The position numbers and the translations under genes were made by a program. 54,069 nt of DNA from Candidatus Nealsonbacteria bacterium (GTDB lineage: Bacteria; Patescibacteriota; Minisyncoccia; Minisyncoccales; PWPS01), in the NCBI GenBank assembly GCA_003551845.1, contig PUNQ01000056.1:1-54069 (forward strand), written 5' to 3'. The notes under the pieces were generated by a model. The model had not been told where the DNA came from. It worked only from the letters and a program-made list of their open reading frames with translations, and did no database searches. Every line of letters starts with the position of its first letter. Within the stretch, counting starts at the first letter, position 1. Below are positions 10,752-22,259 of this stretch, piece after piece.

Positions 10752-11540
10752 TTATTTTTTTCTCTTTTTTCCACCTCTTCTCCTGATTATGTATTTATCG
10801 GTATGTTTTCTCTTTCTGGTTTTTACTCCCTTGGCCGGCTTTCCGGTCGGTGTTTTCGGGTGTTTTAATCCGATGGTTGAGCCACCTTCTCCTCCACCGT
10901 GAGGGTGATCAACGGCATTTTTCGCCTTTCCTCTCACTTTGGGGCGTCTTCCTTTTCTTCTGGTCGTACCCGCTTTTTTCTGATCGACATATTGATGTTC
11001 GGGATTGGAAAGCTCACCTATTGAAGCAAAACATTTTCGGTTCACTTTTCTTACCTCCTTGGACGGCATTTTCAAATGAGTATACTTTCCTTCTTGTGCT
11101 AAAACTACCGCCGAAGCACCTGCTGCTCTAACCATTTTTCCTTCTCCGTCCGGATTCAAGGAGATATTGTGAACCTGAGTTCCTACGGGAATGTTTTTAA
11201 GCCTCATCCTGTTGCCCGGCTTGATGTCAGTCTCCTCGTCAACAACAACTTCGCTACCTTTTTCGACTCCCTGAGGGGCCAAAATATAAGCCAAATCACC
11301 ATCTTCATAACTCACAAGAGCCAAATAAGCCGTCCTGTTGGGGTCATAATCGATTCGCTCAATCTTTCCCGAAACGCCCATCTTCTCTTGTCCGTAATTC
11401 ACCTTTCGCCAAATCTTTCTGGCTCCACCTCCACGGGTTCTGACAGTCATTTTTCCGGTATTATTTCTTCCCCCCGATTTTTTTAAGCTGACCGTCAGCG
11501 ATTTCGGAGGGCGACTGTTTTTTTCTGGTTTTTGACTCAT
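10752..11540 (-). CDS. rplB: 50S ribosomal protein L2 (short N-terminus)
   Basis: GRNNTG, YDPNRTA, NAVDHPHGGGEG. Confidence 0.97.
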   Translation of the reverse strand: MSQKPEKNSRPPKSLTVSLKKSGGRNNTGKMTVRTRGGGARKIWRKVNYGQEKMGVSGKIERIDYDPNRTAYLALVSYEDGDLAYILAPQGVEKGSEVVVDEETDIKPGNRMRLKNIPVGTQVHNISLNPDGEGKMVRAAGASAVVLAQEGKYTHLKMPSKEVRKVNRKCFASIGELSNPEHQYVDQKKAGTTRRKGRRPKVRGKAKNAVDHPHGGGEGGSTIGLKHPKTPTGKPAKGVKTRKRKHTDKYIIRRRGGKKRKK

Positions 11541-11575
11541 TACCGTTTACTATTAAATCATATTTATTTCTTATG

Positions 11576-11854
11576 TCAAGAAGATAAAATCTCAATCTTA
11601 TCCCCTTCCGCCAATCTGACCATCGCTTTTTTATATCCTTTCTTTTTTCCTTCGATCATGCCCAATCTTCTTTTTTTTGAAGGTATGGAAACGATAGTCA
11701 CTTTTTCAACCGTAACATCATACATTTTTTCTATCTCTTCGGCAATCTCAATCTTGTTCGCCTTCTTTCCCACTATGAAAGTATAAATATTATCTTTTTG
11801 GATCAATTCTGTCGTTTTCTCACTGATATGCGGTTTTTTTATTATCTTTTTCAT
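11576..11854 (-). CDS. rplW: 50S ribosomal protein L23
   Basis: PHISEK, ANKIEI, YKKAMVRL. Confidence 0.96.
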   Translation of the reverse strand: MKKIIKKPHISEKTTELIQKDNIYTFIVGKKANKIEIAEEIEKMYDVTVEKVTIVSIPSKKRRLGMIEGKKKGYKKAMVRLAEGDKIEILSS

Positions 11855-12474
11855 AAAAAGGTTTCTTTTAAAACTTTCAAAGAATTCTCCGGTAAAACAA
11901 GATACTCGTAAGTCAATACGTCCAAAGCATTCAAGTTTCTGGCTTCCATGACATGCAGATCGGGGATGTTGCCGGCTGCCAAAACCAGATTTTCATCAGC
12001 CTTTTCGGCGGCAATCAGTGTCGATCCGTCATTACAAGGTAGATTTTTTAAAAAAGAAAGGTTTTTGGTTTTCGGGCCGTCAATATTCAAATCATCGACC
12101 AAAATCAAAAGTTCATTTTCCAATTTGCCCGCCAGGGACATAAAAAGTGCTTTTCTTTTCTCCTTTTTATTTACCTTTTTTTTGTAATTTCTTTCATTTC
12201 TGGGGCCGAAAGTCACTCCTCCTCCTCTCCATATCGGCGATCTTATCGATCCGTGCCTGGCTCTACCGGTTCCTTTCTGCCTCCACGGCTTTCTTCCTCC
12301 ACCTCTCTTTTCCGATCTGTCCTTGGTGTGTGCACTGTTTTGCCTTCTTGCAGCCTGCTGGCAAGTTACCACTTGATATATCAAATCCGAATTGATATCG
12401 GTTTCAAATATTTCTTTCGGAAGATTTGCCTTTTTTTCCGATTTTCCTTCTTTATTGTAAACGGGAATCTTCAT
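11851..12474 (-). CDS. rplD: 50S ribosomal protein L4
   Basis: KPWRQKGTGRARHGSIRSPIWRGGG. Confidence 0.98.
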   Translation of the reverse strand: MKIPVYNKEGKSEKKANLPKEIFETDINSDLIYQVVTCQQAARRQNSAHTKDRSEKRGGGRKPWRQKGTGRARHGSIRSPIWRGGGVTFGPRNERNYKKKVNKKEKRKALFMSLAGKLENELLILVDDLNIDGPKTKNLSFLKNLPCNDGSTLIAAEKADENLVLAAGNIPDLHVMEARNLNALDVLTYEYLVLPENSLKVLKETFL

Positions 12475-13064
12475 ATTTCTTTTATTTCTAACAAATTACC
12501 TTTTCCTCCGGGTACGGCTCCCTTAATCGCCAATGTATTTTCTTTCGTGTCAATATTTACTATCTCCAGATTTTTAACCGTTACCCTGTCGGCGCCCATT
12601 CTTCCGGGCATCTTTTTCCCTTTAAAAACTCTTTGCGGGTAAGCCGACCCTATCGAGCCACCCCTTCTTTCATCATGCTTGGTTCCGTGAGTTCTCGACT
12701 GACCCGAAAAACCGTGTCTTTTAACCACACCCTGAAAACCTTTTCCTTTGGATATTCCCGCTATTTTAACCTGATCCCCTTTCTCAAAAAGAGAAACGTC
12801 TATCTCTTGCCCTTTTTCAAATCCTTCGGTCTCGGTTCTGAACTCGCAAAGATATCGGAAGGGTTTTTCTTTCTGTGGTTTTTTAACTTTTTTTTCCGGC
12901 AATTTCTCAAATCCGATCTGCACCGCTTCATAGCCGTCTTTATCTTCATTTTTCAATTGAGTAATAACACACGGACCGGCCTTAACCAAAGTAACGGGGA
13001 TAACTTTTCCCTCATCGTCAAAAAACTGTGTCATTCCCAATTTTTTTCCCAATATGAATTTCAT
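12471..13064 (-). CDS. rplC: 50S ribosomal protein L3
   Basis: Starts [13 protein letters not shown] at ATG 13064; [22 protein letters not shown]. Confidence 0.97.
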   Translation of the reverse strand: MKFILGKKLGMTQFFDDEGKVIPVTLVKAGPCVITQLKNEDKDGYEAVQIGFEKLPEKKVKKPQKEKPFRYLCEFRTETEGFEKGQEIDVSLFEKGDQVKIAGISKGKGFQGVVKRHGFSGQSRTHGTKHDERRGGSIGSAYPQRVFKGKKMPGRMGADRVTVKNLEIVNIDTKENTLAIKGAVPGGKGNLLEIKEI

Positions 13065-13198
13065 AATTTTAATTGCATCTACATTCTTTTCAACCTTTTC
13101 AAACAAAAAGGCGGGGCTTCCCCCCGACTCGGTGAAGTCGGAAAAATTTTACTATAACCCTATGCGTTACTTATTGTAATCATCTAATTCAAAAAAGC

Positions 13199-13221
13199 AA
13201 AGCTCGGATGGTTCGAGCTTT
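13199..13221 (-). terminator. Hairpin/terminator directly after rpsJ
   Basis: Inverted repeat AAAGCTCG...CGAGCTTT overlapping the rpsJ stop, with a T-run shortly after on the minus strand. Confidence 0.55.
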
Positions 13222-13537
13222 ACATCTTAACTTCAATATTGACCCCGTTGGGTAAAGTAAGGTTTCTGAGGGCATCCAAAACTTTCGGATTGGCGTCAAG
13301 TACGTCAATAAGTCTTTTGTGCACCCTTACCTCGTATTGTTCCTTCGATTTGTTGTTTACGAACGTTGATCGATTAACGGTATACTTTTTAATCTCGGTA
13401 GGTAAGGGAGTGGGACCCGAAATCTCACTCCCGTACCTGGTTGCAGTTTCTACAATTTGTTCCGCGCTACTGTCAATCACTTTATGATCGTAACCGCGAA
13501 GCTTAATCCTGATTCTGTTAATATCGTCCTTGGCCAT
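13220..13537 (-). CDS. rpsJ: 30S ribosomal protein S10
   Basis: RIRIKLRGYDH, GPTPLPT, HKRLID. Confidence 0.97.
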   Translation of the reverse strand: MAKDDINRIRIKLRGYDHKVIDSSAEQIVETATRYGSEISGPTPLPTEIKKYTVNRSTFVNNKSKEQYEVRVHKRLIDVLDANPKVLDALRNLTLPNGVNIEVKM

Positions 13538-13543
13538 AAGTCA

Positions 13544-14740
13544 TTACTTGATTATCTTGGTCACCACCCCGGCACCTACGGTTTTACCACCTTCTCTGAT
13601 GGCGAACCTTTGCTCTTCTTCAAGTGCGATGGGGGCGATTAATTTTATTTTCAATTCGGCCGTATCACCGGGCATAACCATTTCGGTTCCTTCCTTGAGC
13701 TCCACTTCTCCGGTTACGTCGGTTGTTCTGAAATAAAATTGCGGTTTGTAACCGTTAAAAAACGGAGTATGTCTTCCACCTTCGTCCTTATCCAGGATAT
13801 AAACCTCCGCTTCGAATTCGGTGTGAGGCTCCACACTTCCCGGTTTAGCCAAAACTTGTCCTCTTTCTATTTCATCCTTTTTGGTTCCCCTGAGAAGAAG
13901 TCCGGCATTATCTCCGGCTTCACCTCTGTCCAGGCTCTTGTTGAACATCTCAATACTTACAACGGTAGTCTTGTCGATATCTTCCTTGAGTCCGATAATA
14001 TCAACTTCATCCTTGGCGTTTATGACTCCTCTTTCAATTCTTCCGGTTGCAACCGTTCCTCTTCCTTCAATTGAAAAGATGTCTTCAATGGCCATAAGGA
14101 AAGGTTTGTCGACATCTCTTTCCGGTTCGGGAATGTAATCGTCCAAGGCATCCATCAATTCCAAAATCGGCTCAACCGCATCGTCATCCGCACTTTCGGC
14201 TTCAAAAGCCTTCAGGGCGGATCCTTTGATTACCGGTACGTTGTCACCGTCATATTCATATTTATTAAGAAGCTCTCTTACTTCCGATTCGACAAGCTCG
14301 ATCATTTCCGGATCATCAACCATGTCGGTCTTGTTCAAAAAGACAACCAAAGAAGGAAGTCCCACCTGTCTGGCCAAGAGAATGTGTTCTCTGGTTTGAG
14401 GCATCGGACCGTCCGCGGCGGAAACAACCAAAATCGCTCCGTCCATTTGAGCTGCTCCGGTGATCATGTTTTTTACGTAATCGGCGTGTCCGGGACAATC
14501 GATATGTGCGTAGTGCCTTTTCTCGGTTTCATATTCTTGGTGAGAAACGGCAATCGTAATTCCTCTTGCCTTTTCTTCCGGTGCGGAATCGATGTCTTCG
14601 ATACTCGCCGTCATCCCGGAGAGTCCTTTCATATTCAAAGTCTTCAGAATCGCAGCGGTAAGAGTGGTCTTACCGTGGTCTACGTGACCAATGGTTCCGA
14701 TGTTAAGATGTGGTTTTGATCTTTCGAATTTTTCAGCCAT
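13544..14740 (-). CDS. tuf: Elongation factor Tu
   Basis: [35 protein letters not shown]. Confidence 0.99.
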   Translation of the reverse strand: MAEKFERSKPHLNIGTIGHVDHGKTTLTAAILKTLNMKGLSGMTASIEDIDSAPEEKARGITIAVSHQEYETEKRHYAHIDCPGHADYVKNMITGAAQMDGAILVVSAADGPMPQTREHILLARQVGLPSLVVFLNKTDMVDDPEMIELVESEVRELLNKYEYDGDNVPVIKGSALKAFEAESADDDAVEPILELMDALDDYIPEPERDVDKPFLMAIEDIFSIEGRGTVATGRIERGVINAKDEVDIIGLKEDIDKTTVVSIEMFNKSLDRGEAGDNAGLLLRGTKKDEIERGQVLAKPGSVEPHTEFEAEVYILDKDEGGRHTPFFNGYKPQFYFRTTDVTGEVELKEGTEMVMPGDTAELKIKLIAPIALEEEQRFAIREGGKTVGAGVVTKIIK

Positions 14741-14867
14741 ATTATTATTTTAATTAATTAAACGAAATAACTCGTTTAATACTTTTAATTTTTATTTGGA
14801 AATCAACTGATTTTAAATTGATTTCAGTGTCTTTTATATTACAATAATTTTTCTCAAAAGTCCAGAC

Positions 14868-16994
14868 CTATCTACCGGCTTTTATTTCTTCGGCAACATT
14901 GGCGGGAACCTTCTTATATTCCAAAAATTCCATCGTGAAATTACCTCTTCCTTCGGTAAGTGACCTGAGGGTGGTTACGTAGCCGAACATTTCAGCCAAC
15001 GGAACGTTGGCTCTTATCACTTTCATATCCATCTTTCCCTTGGTATTTTCCGTATTTTGAACTTCTCCTCTCCTGGAAGAAAGATCTCCGACGATGTCAC
15101 CGAAAAACTCGGACGGAACTACCACTTCGACTTTCATAAACGGCTCCAGAAGAACCGGTCTCGCTTTTTTGCATGCATCCTTAAAAGCCATCGACCCCGC
15201 AATCTTGAAAGCCATCTTGGAAGAATCCACCTCATGGTAAGACCCGTCAACAAGTCGAGCCCTTATTCCGACCATAGGATAGCCGGCAACGACTCCTTCA
15301 TCCATCACTTCGGCTATACCTTTTTCCACTGCGGGAATATATTCTTGCGGAATAACTCCACCGGTAATTTCATCTAAAAATTCCAGCCGATCTTCCTTTT
15401 CCTGGCTGTCGTACTCGGACGGCTCTATCTCTATTTTTACATGACCGTATTGACCCCTGCCTCCGGTTTGCTTTACGTATTCGGACTCCGCCTCGGATTC
15501 TTTTGTTACGGTTTCCCGATAAGCCACTTGCGGTTTGCCGACTTCCGCTTCAACTCCGAACTCTCTTTTAAGCCTGTTGATTATGATATCCAGATGAAGC
15601 TCTCCCATACCGGAAATAATCGTCTCTCCGGTTTCTATATCTCCCTTGACTTTAAAAGTCGGATCTTCCTGGCCCAGTTTTCTCAAGGCGAGTCCCATCT
15701 TTTCTTGATCTTCCCTGCTTTTTGGTTCTACTCTTATCGAAACAACCGGATCGGGAAAAGTTATATTCTCCAGAATGACCGGGTCCTTGGGATCACAAAG
15801 CGTGTCTCCCGTGGCGGTCTCATCCAAGCCGACGAGAGCAACTATGTCCCCCGTGTAAATTTCTTTGACCTCTTCTCTTTCATTGGCATGCATCCTCAAA
15901 ATTCTGTTTATCCTTTCTTTTTTTCCGGTCGTCGAATTGACAACGTTGGACCCACCGGTCAATTTTCCGGAATAAACCCTGACAAAAGTAAGACTTCCGA
16001 CATAAGGATCGGTAGCCAATTTGAAAGCCAGAGCGGAAAACGGCTCATCATCATCCGCATTTCTGATCATCTCGGTTTCTCCGTCTTCGGGATCAACCCC
16101 CTTTACCGGTGGTAAATCGGTAGGAGCGGGGAAAAAATCACAAATCGCATCGATAACCGGTTGAACCCCCTTGTTTTTAAGGGCCGTTCCACAATAAACG
16201 GGAACCAAATTATAGTTCAAAACGGCTTCTCTGAGAACACTTTTAAGTTCTTCAACCGAAACTTCTTCACCTTCCATGTATTTTTCAAAAAGCTCCTCAT
16301 CTTCGGTAACTATTCTTTCAATCATCTCTTCTCTTTTCTCTTTCGCTTCGGCTTTCAGTTCTTCGGGGATTTCTTCTTTTACGACTTCTTCACCCATCTC
16401 TCCCTCGAATCTCCAAGCCTTCATCGTTAAAAGATCAACCACTCCTTTGAAATCCTTTTCCGAGCCGATCGGTATTTGCATCGGAACCACGTTGGGGGTC
16501 AATTTTTCAACTATAGTCTCCACGGCCCCTTCATAAGTAGCACCGACCCTGTCCATTTTATTTATAAAGCAGATCCTGGGAACTTGATACTTGTTGGCTT
16601 GTCTCCAAACCGTTTCCGATTGGGATTCGACTCCGGAAACTCCGTCAAAAACAACGACCGCTCCGTCCAAAACTCTGAGCGATCTTTGTACTTCTGCCGT
16701 AAAATCGATGTGTCCCGGAGTATCTATTATGTTTATTCTGTATTCACCTTTCCCTTTCTTCTTTTTATAAGTAGGCGTCCAAAAACAAGTGGTTGCCGCA
16801 GAGGTGATGGTAATGCCCCTTTCTCTCTCCTGATCCATCCAGTCCATTACGGAGTCACCATCGTGAGTTTCTCCTATTTTATGGGAAATTCCGGTATAAA
16901 AAAGAACTCTTTCCGTCATCGTGGTCTTGCCCGCATCGATGTGGGCTATGATTCCTATATTTCTGTATTTTTCCAATTTATATTCTCTTGGCAT
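14868..16994 (-). CDS. fusA: Elongation factor G
   Basis: [35 protein letters not shown]. Confidence 0.99.
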   Translation of the reverse strand: MPREYKLEKYRNIGIIAHIDAGKTTMTERVLFYTGISHKIGETHDGDSVMDWMDQERERGITITSAATTCFWTPTYKKKKGKGEYRINIIDTPGHIDFTAEVQRSLRVLDGAVVVFDGVSGVESQSETVWRQANKYQVPRICFINKMDRVGATYEGAVETIVEKLTPNVVPMQIPIGSEKDFKGVVDLLTMKAWRFEGEMGEEVVKEEIPEELKAEAKEKREEMIERIVTEDEELFEKYMEGEEVSVEELKSVLREAVLNYNLVPVYCGTALKNKGVQPVIDAICDFFPAPTDLPPVKGVDPEDGETEMIRNADDDEPFSALAFKLATDPYVGSLTFVRVYSGKLTGGSNVVNSTTGKKERINRILRMHANEREEVKEIYTGDIVALVGLDETATGDTLCDPKDPVILENITFPDPVVSIRVEPKSREDQEKMGLALRKLGQEDPTFKVKGDIETGETIISGMGELHLDIIINRLKREFGVEAEVGKPQVAYRETVTKESEAESEYVKQTGGRGQYGHVKIEIEPSEYDSQEKEDRLEFLDEITGGVIPQEYIPAVEKGIAEVMDEGVVAGYPMVGIRARLVDGSYHEVDSSKMAFKIAGSMAFKDACKKARPVLLEPFMKVEVVVPSEFFGDIVGDLSSRRGEVQNTENTKGKMDMKVIRANVPLAEMFGYVTTLRSLTEGRGNFTMEFLEYKKVPANVAEEIKAGR

Positions 16995-17043
16995 AATTTT
17001 TCAAATAAAAAACGCTTTCCGAAAGCACTTTAAAAACTTAAGT

Positions 17044-17520
17044 TTATTTTGCTAAAAAGGCAAAGGCTCTATTTGCTTCAGCCATCCTTTCCATATTCTC
17101 TCTCTTTTTGATTGCCGACCCCTGACCTTGAGAAGCGTCCAAAAGCTCGTCGGCCAATCTCTTTTCCATCGCCGATCCCGACTTTGATCGAGCAGCCTCC
17201 AATATCCATCTCATGGCCAAGCTCATTCCTCTTTTCTTTCCGACGTCATAAGGAACTTGATAAGTCGCTCCTCCGACACGCTTTGATCTCACTTCCTTGG
17301 ACGGAGTGGTATTTTGCAGCGCTTTTTCAAAAACTTCTATCGGATCACCTCCCGTCTTTTCTTTAATGATATCGAAAGAATCATAAAGAATCCTTCTGGC
17401 CAAAGATTTTTTTCCGTCCTTCATTATGTGGTTTACGAATTTTGCGACTACCACATTTTTATATTTCGGATCGGGATCTATCGGATGAGTCTTATATTTT
17501 TTTCCTTTCTCTTCAAACAT
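17044..17520 (-). CDS. rpsG: 30S ribosomal protein S7
   Basis: MKDGKKS, RVGGATYQVP, MAEANRAFA. Confidence 0.98.
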   Translation of the reverse strand: MFEEKGKKYKTHPIDPDPKYKNVVVAKFVNHIMKDGKKSLARRILYDSFDIIKEKTGGDPIEVFEKALQNTTPSKEVRSKRVGGATYQVPYDVGKKRGMSLAMRWILEAARSKSGSAMEKRLADELLDASQGQGSAIKKRENMERMAEANRAFAFLAK

Positions 17521-17530
17521 ATTTCAGATT

Positions 17531-17941
17531 TTAACTCTGCTTTTTTGTTCCGTATTTACTCCTGGATTGTTTTTTGCCTTCAACTCCTTCGGAATCAAGT
17601 GCACCCCTCACCACCGTGTAACGAACTCCGGGAAGGTCCTTGACTCTTCCTCCTCTCACTAAAACGACCGAGTGCTCCTGTAAGCTGTGTCCTTCACCGG
17701 GAATATAAGCGGTAACTTCCATTCCGTTGCTCAGACGAACTCTGGCCACTTTCCTGAGAGCCGAATTCGGTTTTTTGGGAGTGGTCGTCGAAACCTTCAG
17801 GCAAACTCCTTTTTTAAAGGGAGACGGATAATAAGATTTTTCATTCTTCAAATTATTAAAACCATAAGACAAAGCAGGTGATTTCTGCTTCTTTTTGGGC
17901 TTCTTTCTTCCTTTTCTGACTAATTGATTTATTGTCGGCAT
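17531..17941 (-). CDS. rpsL: 30S ribosomal protein S12
   Basis: [31 protein letters not shown]. Confidence 0.99.
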   Translation of the reverse strand: MPTINQLVRKGRKKPKKKQKSPALSYGFNNLKNEKSYYPSPFKKGVCLKVSTTTPKKPNSALRKVARVRLSNGMEVTAYIPGEGHSLQEHSVVLVRGGRVKDLPGVRYTVVRGALDSEGVEGKKQSRSKYGTKKQS

Positions 17942-18003
17942 CTTACAACGGGCATTCTAATTACGAATGCCATTTTCTTTAACTTTTAATCCGTCATGTG
18001 GCA

Positions 18004-18032
18004 ATATTACAAAAAAGATCTCTTTTTGTCAA
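18004..18032 (-). promoter_or_regulatory. Sigma70-type promoter of the str/S10/spc superoperon
   Basis: Minus strand TTGACA-17 nt-TAATAT upstream of rpsL; the leader also contains a GGCATTC/GAATGCC hairpin. Confidence 0.65.
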
Positions 18033-18046
18033 GAACGAAATGATAT

Positions 18047-18658
18047 TTACAAAATTAGACCCGGCGGTATCCCGGTGAAAAGCTCAAATACGAAACCGGC
18101 GACAATCGGTAAAAAGATAAAAGCGACCATCAGCGCTATCAAGATTCCGAGTATGCTTCGCCCCGGAGAAAAATTGAGGGGAGTAAAAATCCTGAGCAGC
18201 TTTGAGCCGTCCAAAGGGGGAACCGGAATCAAGTTGAAGAGCGCTAAAATAATATTTATATAGATTATGAGCGCTACCGAGAACGTCCAAAAGGGAGCCA
18301 AGTCGACATATCTGATCACTATTGAAAATATTAAAGCGATGATCAAATTGGAAGCCGGCCCGGCGGCGGCAACTTTGGCCGATCCGTATTTTTGATCTCT
18401 CAAATTATAAGGGTTAAAGGGAACCGGTTTAGCATAACCTATGAAAAATCCTCCCGTAAGCATTAAAAAAAGCGGTAGAATAATCGTTCCGAAAGTATCT
18501 ATGTGAGCCAAGGGATTCAAGGTGAGTCTCCCCTGATGCTTGGCGGTGGGATCGCCCAAATAAAGAGCCATCCACGCGTGAGCGTACTCGTGAAATATGG
18601 CCGACATTATTATTATCACATATATAAATAGCGCCATTTGTAAATCCATGTTTCCCAT
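18047..18658 (-). CDS. Site-2 protease family (M50) membrane metalloprotease
   Basis: HEYAH, AAAGP, NLIPVPPLDG; hydrophobic. Confidence 0.93.
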   Translation of the reverse strand: MGNMDLQMALFIYVIIIMSAIFHEYAHAWMALYLGDPTAKHQGRLTLNPLAHIDTFGTIILPLFLMLTGGFFIGYAKPVPFNPYNLRDQKYGSAKVAAAGPASNLIIALIFSIVIRYVDLAPFWTFSVALIIYINIILALFNLIPVPPLDGSKLLRIFTPLNFSPGRSILGILIALMVAFIFLPIVAGFVFELFTGIPPGLIL

Positions 18659-18796
18659 ATACCACTTATTTTAACAAAAAATAGGCAAATTAAAACCTTT
18701 TGACTTTGACTCTCTTTAATGTATAATGAATTGCAACATTGATCAAGTCACAAAGTCACAATCGATAAAATTATTATTTAACTTCAAACCGATAAA

Positions 18797-19009
18797 ATGG
18801 CTAAGTGTAAAATTTGTAAAAAGAAATCGGAGCTGGCCGGTAATTACGCCAAAACCAGAGGACAATACAACCCGACCGGAAAACGGAGAAGAAAACCGAA
18901 TCTTCAAAGTGTCCATGTCCCCGAAGGAATTGAAAAGAAGGCTTACAAAGAATTCGCCGGAAAAAAGATTACCGCTTGCGCCAAGTGCATAAAAGCAATT
19001 TCCAAGTAA
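18797..19009 (+). CDS. rpmB: 50S ribosomal protein L28
   Basis: MAKCKIC...KRRRKPNLQ...CAKCIK zinc-ribbon L28 pattern. Confidence 0.8.
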   Translation: MAKCKICKKKSELAGNYAKTRGQYNPTGKRRRKPNLQSVHVPEGIEKKAYKEFAGKKITACAKCIKAISK

Positions 19010-19042
19010 TGCCCTATTTTGGTTTTTATTTTCAAGCGATTT

Positions 19043-19116
19043 CGGGCCGTGGCCTAGAGGCTTAGGGCGCGCCGCTGGGGGCGGTGAGATCGCCGGTTCG
19101 AATCCGGCCGGCCCGA
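19043..19116 (+). tRNA. tRNA-Pro (anticodon GGG)
   Basis: Acceptor stem CGGGCCG/CGGCCCG, anticodon arm CGCCG-CTGGGGG-CGGTG (GGG at 19077-19079), T arm GCCGG-TTCGAAT-CCGGC; CCA not encoded. Confidence 0.95.
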
Positions 19117-19120
19117 CAAA

Positions 19121-19153
19121 AAAACTCCCCTTCTTGCATTGAAGGGGAGTTTT
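19121..19153. terminator. Bidirectional terminator between tRNA-Pro and the YbaB/EbfC gene
   Basis: AAAACTCCCCTTC...GAAGGGGAGTTTT flanked by A and T runs, between convergent genes. Confidence 0.8.
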
Positions 19154-19167
19154 GTATTTTGAAAGCT

Positions 19168-19419
19168 TTAAATTCCACCCATCTCTTGCATCTTTTGGGC
19201 CGCCTTCTTTTGCATCTTTTTTAAGGCTTTATTCACACAGTCCTTGACCAGCTCTCCGGCTCTTTCCGGCTCCACATTCTCATCAATTTCAACTTTTTCC
19301 ACCTTCATTTGTCCGTTAACGATCACTCTGACTCCTCCGTTTTCTACCGTTTCTTTCTCTTTTGAAAGACTGCTTTGTAAATCTTTCAATTTTTTAGCTT
19401 GTTTGAATTTATCGAACAT
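19168..19419 (-). CDS. YbaB/EbfC family nucleoid-associated protein
   Basis: GGVRVIVNGQMKVEKVEID...CVNKALKK pattern, 83 aa. Confidence 0.85.
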   Translation of the reverse strand: MFDKFKQAKKLKDLQSSLSKEKETVENGGVRVIVNGQMKVEKVEIDENVEPERAGELVKDCVNKALKKMQKKAAQKMQEMGGI

Positions 19420-19550
19420 ATATTTTGTTTAAATTTTTACTCTAAAAACAACTATAGCAAATATCAAATTAAAAACAAATCGAAACGAATCCTTTAAAAG
19501 ATGAAAAAGACCACCTCGATTGAGAAGGTGGTCTAAAGTTTATAGCTCAT

Positions 19551-19997
19551 TTAAAATGGAGAGCTTCTTATCTTTCTTTTTTCCAAGATTATCCACTTTC
19601 CACTTTCTTCTATAGCGCTTATAATTTCTTTGAGTTCTTCTTCCTGAATGAAGGAGGGATATTCTCCTTTGCCCCTCCACATCATCTCTATCATTTCAGT
19701 GGGCTCTTCATCACTGAAATGAACTGCTTCAATTATGACCGTTTCGGTCTCTTTTCCCGTTCCCGAAAAAGAAACCATTTTGCTTCCTTGGATTTTTGTA
19801 CTCTGGTTTCTTTTTGCTATTATAATTTCTCCCCAAGAAATATCTTGGGAAATTTCAACCGAAAAAAAACTCATAAATGGAAGTGGAATAGGAGGTGCCT
19901 CTTCCCACTTGGTCCACTCGACTCCTTCAGCGTTACCCGGAAAAGTAAGCACTATTGTCATCGCGATCAACAAAATCACTAAAAAATTCTTAAGCAC
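19551..19997 (-). CDS. Hypothetical secreted protein
   Basis: Signal-peptide-like N-terminus; no family recognised. Confidence 0.6.
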   Translation of the reverse strand: MLKNFLVILLIAMTIVLTFPGNAEGVEWTKWEEAPPIPLPFMSFFSVEISQDISWGEIIIAKRNQSTKIQGSKMVSFSGTGKETETVIIEAVHFSDEEPTEMIEMMWRGKGEYPSFIQEEELKEIISAIEESGKWIILEKRKIRSSPF

Positions 19998-20072
19998 AAA
20001 ATCACTTCCTTTCTTTTATTTCATTATAAAATGAGCTACTTTTCTTTATTATATAATATATATTATATATTG

Positions 20073-22229
20073 TCAATTCTTCAGCCTTAAAGAATTAAAC
20101 ACTACGGAAACGGAAGAAACCGTCATCGCCCCGGCGGCTACGGCCGGTCCCATGGGAGTGGCTAAAAATCCCAATGCGGCGAGTGGTAGCGCCAAAGAGT
20201 TGTAAAGATAAGCCCAAAACAAATTCTGTTTTATTACCTTAAAGGTTTTTCCGGACAAATCAATCGCTTCCGTCAACTTTTCCAACTCTCCCTTTATGAG
20301 GGTAATGTCTCCGGATTCTATGGCGATATCGGTTCCGGTTCCGATGGCGATCGACACATCCGCTTTGGTCAGGGCGGGAGCATCGTTTATCCCGTCACCG
20401 ACCATTGCGACCTTTTTTCCTTCTTCTTGCAAACCTTTTATCACTTCCGTTTTCTCATCGGGATATACTTCAGCTATCACTCTTTCAATCCCCAAATCAT
20501 CCGCCAAGCTCCGAGCTGTTTTTTGATTGTCTCCGGTAAGCATAACCAATTCGAATCCTTTGCCCTGTAAGCTTTTTATCGCCTCCTCGCTTGTCTCTTT
20601 TACGGTGTCGGCAAGAGCTATAAGGCCGAGTGAGTCCCGTCCGGCGACGATAACCGTCGTCTTTCCTTCATCTTCCAACTGCTTTTTCTTACTTAGAAGC
20701 TCTTCCGGTAAATCGAAGCCCTTTTTCTTAATCAAGTCCTCTCTCCCCACCACCGCCTCTTTCCCGTCCAATTTTCCGACGACTCCTTCTCCGAAAATGG
20801 CTTCGAAATCGGCCACCTTTTCCGGACTCAACTTTTCTTCTCTCGCCTTTTTTACAATCGCCTTGCCTAAGGGATGCTCCGATCCCGACTCGAGTGAGCC
20901 GGCAACCTTTAAAACCGAACTCTTTTCTCCCCGGAAAGAAAATATATCCGTTACCTGTGGTTTTCCCTCGGTTATTGTCCCGGTTTTATCAAAAACAATT
21001 GTGTCAACTTTCGAAATTATCTCTATGGCCGCACCTTTCCTAAAAAGAATCCCTTTCTTGGCTCCATTGCCGACCGCTACGGTAAGTGCGGTAGGAGTGG
21101 CAAGACCCAAAGCACATGGACAGGCAATAACCAAAACGGTCATGGCGGCCAAAACGGCCGTGAGCCACTCTCCAAATAAAAGCCCCCAAGCCAAAAAGGT
21201 TATCAAAGAAAGTACTAATACGACGGGAACGAAATAAGAGGTAACCTTGTCCGCCAAATTTTGAATCGGAACTTCCGATCCTTGCGCCTCTTTGACCAAC
21301 TCAATAACCTGTGAAAGAAAGGTTTCTTTTCCGATTTTGGTGGCTTTAACCTTTAAAACCCCTTCGATATTTATCGTCGCTCCGATAACCTCATCACCGA
21401 CCTCTTTGGCTACGGGAACCGATTCTCCGGTAGCCATCGACTCATCAACGCTTGATTTTCCTTCCATCACCTCCCCGTCGGTGGGAACCTTTTCTCCCGG
21501 CCTGACGACCATCACGTCTCCTTTTTTAAGCTCATCGACCCTGATTTGTTTTTCTTCACCATCAACAAGAATATTCGCCGTTTTAGCTTCCAGCTTTAAC
21601 AAGGACTTCAGAGCCTCGGAAGTTTTTCCTTTCGCCTTGACTTCCAAATACCTGCCCAAAAGATGAAAGGCCATAATAAAAGAGGCTACGGCAAAAAAGG
21701 CCGGAATGCCGGGAATGATAAAAGCGGCCAGCCCGAAAAGATAAGCGGCATTGTCACCTACGGAAATCAGTACATCCATATTGGCATAACCTTTCCTTAT
21801 CGACTTAAAAGCGGAAAGATGAGTCTCTTTTCCAAAATAATAAACCGGAAAAAAGGCCAATATTGCTTCAAGTGTCAGCTGGACGTAGTGAGGAGATAAT
21901 CCCAAAACGGAAAAGCCGAGAGCCGGTTCAAAAAAATATCTGAGACCCATGAGGCTCATTAAAAATACGGCGATCGCCAAAGATATAAAAGTTTTCTTTT
22001 TTGCCTTTTTGATTTCTTCATTATCACGCTTTTTTTCAGTCGAGTAACCCAGGTCGTTAACTATCTCACTTATCTTTTTTTCAGAAATCTCATCTCCCTC
22101 AACCTTTAATTTTTCATTGGTAAAATCAACCTCAGCTGAAAATACGCCGTCCAATTTGACGACTTCCTTTTCAATTGCATCCGCACAGCTAATGCAGTGC
22201 ATTCCCGATATATCGAACTCTTTTTTCAT
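20073..22229 (-). CDS. copA: Cu(I)-translocating P1B-1 ATPase
   Basis: N-terminal HMA domain (GMHCISC), TGES, CPC, DKTGT, HP, GDGIND, YN and MxxSS transmembrane motifs. Confidence 0.95.
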   Translation of the reverse strand: MKKEFDISGMHCISCADAIEKEVVKLDGVFSAEVDFTNEKLKVEGDEISEKKISEIVNDLGYSTEKKRDNEEIKKAKKKTFISLAIAVFLMSLMGLRYFFEPALGFSVLGLSPHYVQLTLEAILAFFPVYYFGKETHLSAFKSIRKGYANMDVLISVGDNAAYLFGLAAFIIPGIPAFFAVASFIMAFHLLGRYLEVKAKGKTSEALKSLLKLEAKTANILVDGEEKQIRVDELKKGDVMVVRPGEKVPTDGEVMEGKSSVDESMATGESVPVAKEVGDEVIGATINIEGVLKVKATKIGKETFLSQVIELVKEAQGSEVPIQNLADKVTSYFVPVVLVLSLITFLAWGLLFGEWLTAVLAAMTVLVIACPCALGLATPTALTVAVGNGAKKGILFRKGAAIEIISKVDTIVFDKTGTITEGKPQVTDIFSFRGEKSSVLKVAGSLESGSEHPLGKAIVKKAREEKLSPEKVADFEAIFGEGVVGKLDGKEAVVGREDLIKKKGFDLPEELLSKKKQLEDEGKTTVIVAGRDSLGLIALADTVKETSEEAIKSLQGKGFELVMLTGDNQKTARSLADDLGIERVIAEVYPDEKTEVIKGLQEEGKKVAMVGDGINDAPALTKADVSIAIGTGTDIAIESGDITLIKGELEKLTEAIDLSGKTFKVIKQNLFWAYLYNSLALPLAALGFLATPMGPAVAAGAMTVSSVSVVFNSLRLKN

Positions 22230-22259
22230 ACGATTTTTTTAAAAATAATTAAATTACGA

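Noticed and set aside
2736-17881. Numerous plus-strand ORFs (e.g. 7151-7894, 15441-16115)
   Set aside because: Antisense shadows of conserved ribosomal and translation genes, with no recognisable motifs
18726-18992. 88-aa ORF overlapping rpmB
   Set aside because: Alternative frame of the L28 gene with no motif support
20047-20072. TA-rich microsatellite as a phase-variation switch
   Set aside because: Irregular AT run within a promoter region, not a clean repeat tract
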